Below are positions 59,078 to 64,000 of a stretch of 64,000 nt of DNA, piece after piece. The translations under genes were made by a program, and so were the position numbers. The DNA is from a bacterium (GTDB lineage Bacteria; Desulfobacterota; Binatia; HRBIN30; CADEER01). Under the pieces are notes generated by a model that ran no database searches, was not told where the DNA came from, and was given only the letters and a program-made list of their open reading frames with translations. Numbering within the stretch: position 1 is the first letter of the stretch; the number at the start of each line of letters is the position of its first letter. The stretch lies in assembly GCA_030430165.1 (NCBI GenBank), contig JAUIGL010000012.1, positions 6,137-70,136 of the forward strand. The letters run 5' to 3'.

Positions 59078-59821
59078 TCAGCGGCTCGGCAGCTGCCGAT
59101 AGACCTTGCGCTCTCCGAACAGCCGGACGAAGTTGCGGAAGGTGGTGTCGGCGAGTTGGCTCAGTCGAGCCATGTGGCGCGCCGTCTCCTCGCGGATCTG
59201 ATCCGGCCCGGGCGGGCCCTTGAGGGCGTGCAGCTCCTCCTGGTGCGACGGGATCTTGAGCCAGCGCTCGATCAGCGAGGGGTCGACCTCCATGTGGAAC
59301 TGGAAGCCGTAGACCTTGTCGCCGTAGCGGAAGGCCTGGTTCGGACAGCCGGGCGAGCTGGCGAGGTGCACCGCACCGTCGGGGATGGCGAAGGTATCGC
59401 CGTGCCATTGGAAGATCTGCTCGCTCTCGTCGAAGTGCTGCAGCAGCGGGTCGTCGGCCGCCTCGGCGGTGGGGCGCACGGGATACCAGCCGATTTCTTT
59501 CTCGGGGCTGGGGGCGACGTCGGCGCCGAGCGCCTTGGCGACCAGCTGCGCGCCGAGACAGATCCCGAGGATCGGCATTTTGCGCTCGATCGCTTTGCGG
59601 ATCAGCCGCACCTCGGTGTCGAGGTGCGGGTGCCGGTCGGTCTGATCGACGTTCATCGGCCCGCCGAGAACCACCAGCCCGTGGTAGCCTTCGATGTTCG
59701 GCTCGGCGTCGGGGTGGCGGCTGTAGTTGACGTAACGGATGCGGAAACCCGCGTCTTTCAGCAGCGGGTTGAGGGTGCCGAGGATCTCGAAGGCGACGTG
59801 TTGAAAGACGAGCAGCTTCAC
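59078..59821 (-). CDS. Class I glutamine amidotransferase-like protein (GATase1, GMP-synthase-N-terminal-like)
   Basis: LVVLGGPMNV, the Cys nucleophile GICLGAQL and HMEVD are present. The GTG start at 59821 is inferred; the upstream part of ORF 59078..59980 is Arg-rich and not credible. Confidence 0.7.
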   Translation of the reverse strand: MKLLVFQHVAFEILGTLNPLLKDAGFRIRYVNYSRHPDAEPNIEGYHGLVVLGGPMNVDQTDRHPHLDTEVRLIRKAIERKMPILGICLGAQLVAKALGADVAPSPEKEIGWYPVRPTAEAADDPLLQHFDESEQIFQWHGDTFAIPDGAVHLASSPGCPNQAFRYGDKVYGFQFHMEVDPSLIERWLKIPSHQEELHALKGPPGPDQIREETARHMARLSQLADTTFRNFVRLFGERKVYRQLPSR

Positions 59822-59832
59822 GCCCGTTACAA

Positions 59833-62115
59833 TTATCCGTCGAGCGCCGGCGATTCCACTGCAGGCTCGGCCGCCGCGGCCGGGGCGGCGTAGTCGACGT
59901 AGATCGGTGACGACCAGGCGCGCTGCTCGGTCATCGCCAGGCAGTCGTCGTCGTACTCGGTGCGGAAGTCGCCGTAGCACGGGTCGCTCTTGGTGCAGTT
60001 GCCTTTGGCGTCGCGTTCGCAGCGGAGATTGGCGGCGTTGACCGCCTGGGTGGGCTCCTCGATGGCGCGGACGTAGTACAGCGAATCGCGCCCGTCCTTG
60101 ACGAAGTCGAGGTCGACGAAGCCCACTTCACAGCCCGCGCCCGCGTCTTCGCAGGCGATGGTGCGCCACGGGTCTTCGATCAGCGGCGCTACCGGTTCGC
60201 CGGCGACTTGCTGGGGCCGGATGCGAACCACCTCGATGCGGGTGATGGCGCGGCGGCGGTCGGAGGGATTGTAGCACTCGCCGTGGCACAGGTGCTCGAC
60301 GCGCTCCGAGCTGAGCGCGTCGAGGGTGTGCTGCGGGCAGCCGGGCCGTTGCTCCAGGGACCCGAGAGCGCGCACCCGGAATACCGGATTGTGGCCGATC
60401 GCCACCGCCGAGCCCATCGGCAGCTCGTCCTCGGTGCTCACCATGTCGAACCACAGGAGGATGCGCGGTCCGCTGGTGCCGTAGACCTCGCGGCGTTGCA
60501 GCGCGTCCCAGATCGAGTCGCGGTTCTTGGCCTCGGAGTGGACCGCGACCAGGCCGCCGGTGAGGAAGAAGGAGGCCTGACGCTCGGCTTCGAGGATGCC
60601 GAAGGCGACGCCCTGGAACGAATCGAGGTCGAAGGGCTTGGCGCGGGCCACCGGCTCCTCGGCGGGGGGAGCCAGCGCGTCGGCGACGCGCTGATCGCGC
60701 GCGCCGGTCGCCTCGGTCATGCTGCGCCGGGCGTACTCCTTGTACCCGGTGCCGGGCCGCGCGGTGTGGTTGTCGCTCGATGCCATGAATCCGAAGCGAA
60801 AGCGTCGCGGGTCCTGGGGGTCGTCGAAGTTGGTGAGCGCGGTGATGTACTGCACCGAGCCGCCCGGACGCAGGTTGAAGGCGGGCTGGAAGCAGTCGCG
60901 GCACTGGCCCGCGTCGAGGAACTCGGTCGCCTCGGCGCCGGGTACGGTGAGGTGCGCCTGCAGGCCGTTGGCGGCGGCGATGTTGCGAGCGTCGGCGGCG
61001 CGCACCTCGCACTCCTCCGCGGTCAGGCCTTCGGCCTCGCAGCGCGCGCGGATGATCTCGCCCGCCTGCCAGCAGGTCGGCAGGTAGTCGTCCGAAGGCT
61101 CGGGGCACTCCGGCCGCGCCCCGCCGAGGTCGACGGCGCGCCAGTCGCGGTACTCCTCCGAGTTACCGTGTCCCGAGTAGACCTCGATCAGGGTCTGGCG
61201 GTTGGGATCGTGCATGTCGCCGACCAGCTGCTTGTCCCAGGTCGAGCCGGGCGGCGTATAGAACCCCCAAGTGGTGCCGTGGGGAATGACGATCGAGCGG
61301 TGGCCCCATTCGTCGAGCTTGCGGAACAGCTCGGCCGGGGTGCGCGCCCCCTCGAGGCAGTCGGCGGGCAGCTGCGGTGCCGGGATGCCCTCGTCGCACT
61401 GCGCGACCGCGCCGCGGTCCTGGAGGTGGCGGGCGAGGTCGTAGAGCCTGCCGCCGCCGCCGAACACGGCCAGCGCGCCGAGCTGCCATACCGGCGGCGC
61501 GGCCATTGCTCTGCTGGTAAAGCTGATCGAGGCGATCGGTCGCGTCGGATACTGCCCTTCCTCGATGTCGGCGATTACGACGTTCTTGTGGCCGTAGTGG
61601 TCGTCCGGGGTGCGCCCCACCTGCGTCCATTCCCAGCCGAGGAAGGAGACCAGGTCGGGCTCGCCGGCGCCGCCGGCGATCTCGTTGCAGCGCCGGATCG
61701 AATCGACGGTCTCGCTCCAGCGACGCGGGGTCAATGATTCGGCGTGGTCGTTGATCGACCAGAAGTCGAGGCCGGAGCAGTAGCGGGCGAAGTCGCAGGC
61801 GTCGGCCACCGGATGCGCCCCTTCACCCTGCAGCGCCGGCAGGCTGGTGAGGAAGGCGTCGACCGAGAAGGTGGTGTGGACGTGGAAATCGCCGAACAGA
61901 ATGCGCTTGCCGGTACCCGGCGCGATCTCAGCCCGCGCCCGGCGCTGCACCCGCTCGGCTCGATCGAGCACCTCCTGGGGGAGCCGGGCACCCTCGATCA
62001 CGCCGGGCGCCTCCGGCGTGCCGAGCCAGCCACGGCCGGCGGCGTAGACGGTCAGCGCGACGGCACCGACGACCAGCGCGAGAAGAACGATGAGGATGGT
62101 AGCGATGCGTTTCAT
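59833..62115 (-). CDS. DUF3604 family protein (secreted or membrane-anchored putative metal-dependent hydrolase)
   Basis: The N-terminal TM/signal MKRIATILIVLLALVVGAVAL is followed by the conserved LFGDFHVHTTFSVDAF block typical of DUF3604 (PHP-like). An RBS AGGGG lies upstream of the ATG at 62115. Confidence 0.65.
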   Translation of the reverse strand: MKRIATILIVLLALVVGAVALTVYAAGRGWLGTPEAPGVIEGARLPQEVLDRAERVQRRARAEIAPGTGKRILFGDFHVHTTFSVDAFLTSLPALQGEGAHPVADACDFARYCSGLDFWSINDHAESLTPRRWSETVDSIRRCNEIAGGAGEPDLVSFLGWEWTQVGRTPDDHYGHKNVVIADIEEGQYPTRPIASISFTSRAMAAPPVWQLGALAVFGGGGRLYDLARHLQDRGAVAQCDEGIPAPQLPADCLEGARTPAELFRKLDEWGHRSIVIPHGTTWGFYTPPGSTWDKQLVGDMHDPNRQTLIEVYSGHGNSEEYRDWRAVDLGGARPECPEPSDDYLPTCWQAGEIIRARCEAEGLTAEECEVRAADARNIAAANGLQAHLTVPGAEATEFLDAGQCRDCFQPAFNLRPGGSVQYITALTNFDDPQDPRRFRFGFMASSDNHTARPGTGYKEYARRSMTEATGARDQRVADALAPPAEEPVARAKPFDLDSFQGVAFGILEAERQASFFLTGGLVAVHSEAKNRDSIWDALQRREVYGTSGPRILLWFDMVSTEDELPMGSAVAIGHNPVFRVRALGSLEQRPGCPQHTLDALSSERVEHLCHGECYNPSDRRRAITRIEVVRIRPQQVAGEPVAPLIEDPWRTIACEDAGAGCEVGFVDLDFVKDGRDSLYYVRAIEEPTQAVNAANLRCERDAKGNCTKSDPCYGDFRTEYDDDCLAMTEQRAWSSPIYVDYAAPAAAAEPAVESPALDG

Positions 62116-62267
62116 GGCCTGCCCCTGGGTGTTCGGCTGACAACCAGCCACAGGTGGCGGCGGAAATCAAAAGGGCTGCGCGGCGAGCTGCGAGCAGAGT
62201 TTGCAACCGGCCGCTGGATGGAAGTAGACAGATCGTTCGCCCGGGTGGCGTGAGAGGAACTGGTTGG

Positions 62268-62876
62268 ATGATCAAGCTCTATGGTGTGCCGGCGTCGCGG
62301 ACATTTCGATGTCTGTGGATGCTGGAGGAGGTCGGCGTCGAGTACGAGCTCGTTGCGACGAACTTCTCCGACGAGTGCAAGACGCCGGAGTACCGCGCGC
62401 TCAACCCGAACGGCAAGATCCCGACCTTGGTCGATGGACCGACGGTTCTCTGGGAATCGATGGCGATCAACCTCTACCTCGCCGCCAAGTACGACGGCGG
62501 CTTGCAGCCGAGCAACGCCGAAGATCTCGGGCAGGCGTACAAGTGGAGCTTCTGGGTGATGACCGAGGTCGAGAGCGCCTTGCTCGACTACCTCTTTCAT
62601 CGCGTGATTTTCCCCGAGGGGCAGCGCGATCACAAAGTCGCCGACACTGCGTGGAAGTCGCTCGCCGCTCCGCTGGCGATTCTCGACGATGCACTGCGCG
62701 GACGCGACAACCTGGTCGGCGATTCGTTTACCGTCGGCGACCTCAATCCGGCATCGGTGTTGTCGTGGCTTCAACTGGCGAGCGCCGACCTCAGCTCGTG
62801 GCCGAACCTGGAGAAGTGGCTGAACGCGTCGCTGGCGCGGCCGGCGGCGGCGCGAGCACGGCAGGGAGGGGAGTGA
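62268..62876 (+). CDS. Glutathione S-transferase
   Basis: MIKLYGVPASRTFRCLWMLEEVGVEYELV, the cis-Pro region NPNGKIPTLVDG and ESMAINLYLA give a GST N-terminal thioredoxin fold. Confidence 0.8.
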   Translation: MIKLYGVPASRTFRCLWMLEEVGVEYELVATNFSDECKTPEYRALNPNGKIPTLVDGPTVLWESMAINLYLAAKYDGGLQPSNAEDLGQAYKWSFWVMTEVESALLDYLFHRVIFPEGQRDHKVADTAWKSLAAPLAILDDALRGRDNLVGDSFTVGDLNPASVLSWLQLASADLSSWPNLEKWLNASLARPAAARARQGGE

Positions 62877-64000
62877 TGTCGACCCAGTTGAGCGGGCTGG
62901 CGCGGGTTCGCGCCAATGTCCAGGCGCTGCGGTCGGCCGGATTGCTCCGACCGAGCGTGCTGTTGGCGCTGGCCAAAGCGGGCAAGACCTGGGGGCCGAC
63001 CCTGGCGACGGGGTTCGCCGCCGCCGCGGCGCGCACTCCCGACGCGATCGGTGTTGCCGACGATCTCGGGTCGATTACCTTCGGCGACGTCGAGCGCCGA
63101 TCGAACGCGCTCGCCAGCGCGCTGCGCCAACGCGGCCTGAAGGAGGGCGATTCGGTCGCGATCCTTTGCCGCAACCACCGTGGCTTCATCGACGCCAACG
63201 TTGCGGTCAACAAGCTCGGCGCGCACGCACTCTTCCTCAATACCGGATTCGCCGGGCCGCAACTGGTCGAGGTGGTCACCCGCGAGGGGGCGCAGTGCGT
63301 CATCTACGACGACGAGTTCGCCAACATCGTCGAACCGAACTTGCCGAACGTCCCCAAGTATCTCGCCTGGCACGACGACGCCTCCGGACGCGACACCCTC
63401 GAAGCGATGATTGGCGAGAGCAAGGGCGATGCGCCGGCTCCGCCGACGCGACCGGGGCGAGCGACGATCCTCACTTCCGGCACCACCGGGACCCCGAAGG
63501 GGGCTCAGCGCGAACCGAAGAACCTCAGCCTCGACGCGACCGCCGGCGTGCTGGAGCGGATGCCGGCGCGGGTCGGCGAGATCGTGTTCGTCGCCGCGCC
63601 GACCTTCCACGCCTGGGGATTGGCGCAGCTGCAGGTGGCGGCGACGATGGGTTGCTCGGTGGTGTTGCGACGCAAGTTCGACCCGGAGGACACGCTGCGC
63701 ACGATCGCCGAGACCAGCGCCGGTGTGCTGATCGTGGTTCCGGTGATGATGCAGCGGATTCTGGCGCTGCCCGACGAGGTCATCGATCGCTACGACACCT
63801 CGAGCCTGCGCATGGTCGGCTCGAGCGGCTCGGCGCTGCCGGGTGAGCTGGCGCTGCGCTGGATGGACCGCTTCGGCGACAATCTCTACAACTTCTACGG
63901 CTCGACCGAGGTCGCCCAGACTTCGATCGCAAATCCGGAGGACCTGCGCGCAGCTCCCGGCACCGCCGGCAAGCCGCCGCGCGGCGTCGTCGTCAAGATC
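62876..64000 (+). CDS. AMP-dependent synthetase/ligase (acyl-CoA synthetase), 3' end outside window
   Basis: This ORF is not in the supplied track because it has no stop in the window. It was translated by hand: MSTQLSGLARV...ILTSGTTGTPKG (AMP-binding motif)...FYGSTE. The ATG overlaps the GST stop (TGATG). Confidence 0.8.
   Translation, partial: MSTQLSGLARVRANVQALRSAGLLRPSVLLALAKAGKTWGPTLATGFAAAAARTPDAIGVADDLGSITFGDVERRSNALASALRQRGLKEGDSVAILCRNHRGFIDANVAVNKLGAHALFLNTGFAGPQLVEVVTREGAQCVIYDDEFANIVEPNLPNVPKYLAWHDDASGRDTLEAMIGESKGDAPAPPTRPGRATILTSGTTGTPKGAQREPKNLSLDATAGVLERMPARVGEIVFVAAPTFHAWGLAQLQVAATMGCSVVLRRKFDPEDTLRTIAETSAGVLIVVPVMMQRILALPDEVIDRYDTSSLRMVGSSGSALPGELALRWMDRFGDNLYNFYGSTEVAQTSIANPEDLRAAPGTAGKPPRGVVVKI

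Overview
This is a high-GC (about 68-70%) bacterial chromosomal segment; the Cys-rich repeats (GEECDDGN type), the MASE1 kinase and the Bat-like operon point to Myxococcota or a related deltaproteobacterium. Coding is dense and most of the window is ordinary metabolism: gltB C-terminus and gltD, a DEAD-box helicase, a Mo-oxidoreductase, an arylsulfatase, two acyl-CoA synthetases, RND efflux with a TetR regulator, thiolases, NMO, LLM, GST and glucokinase. The more interesting content is as follows. (1) A complete Bat-like MoxR/DUF58/VWA/TPR/BatD operon with fused domains and an extreme acidic tail. (2) A solitary 1135-aa STAND P-loop NTPase with TPR and an unrecognised C-terminal module, next to a secreted Thr/Pro/Arg-repeat dockerin-like protein. 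(3) An 877-aa secreted protein with a cytochrome-c-like domain bearing a non-canonical CX4CH. (4) A lipid-handling cluster: SCP2, an OtsB-GH15 fusion, an SCPx-type thiolase, a DUF35 protein, an esterase, YjbQ and a desaturase. (5) A family of small nested-inverted-repeat (MITE/REP-like) elements, three copies within 4 kb at 55.0-59.1 kb, together with a separate IR-flanked AT-rich island at 56.57-56.75 kb. Further items are paired GC hairpins with reverse-complement loops at 7.6-7.7 kb, a repeat cluster in the convergent gap at 16.4-16.6 kb, and a 25-bp inverted-repeat pair in a divergent promoter at 30.2-30.36 kb. No rRNA, tRNA or CRISPR array could be supported. Many long antisense or out-of-frame ORFs in the track are artefacts of the high GC content.
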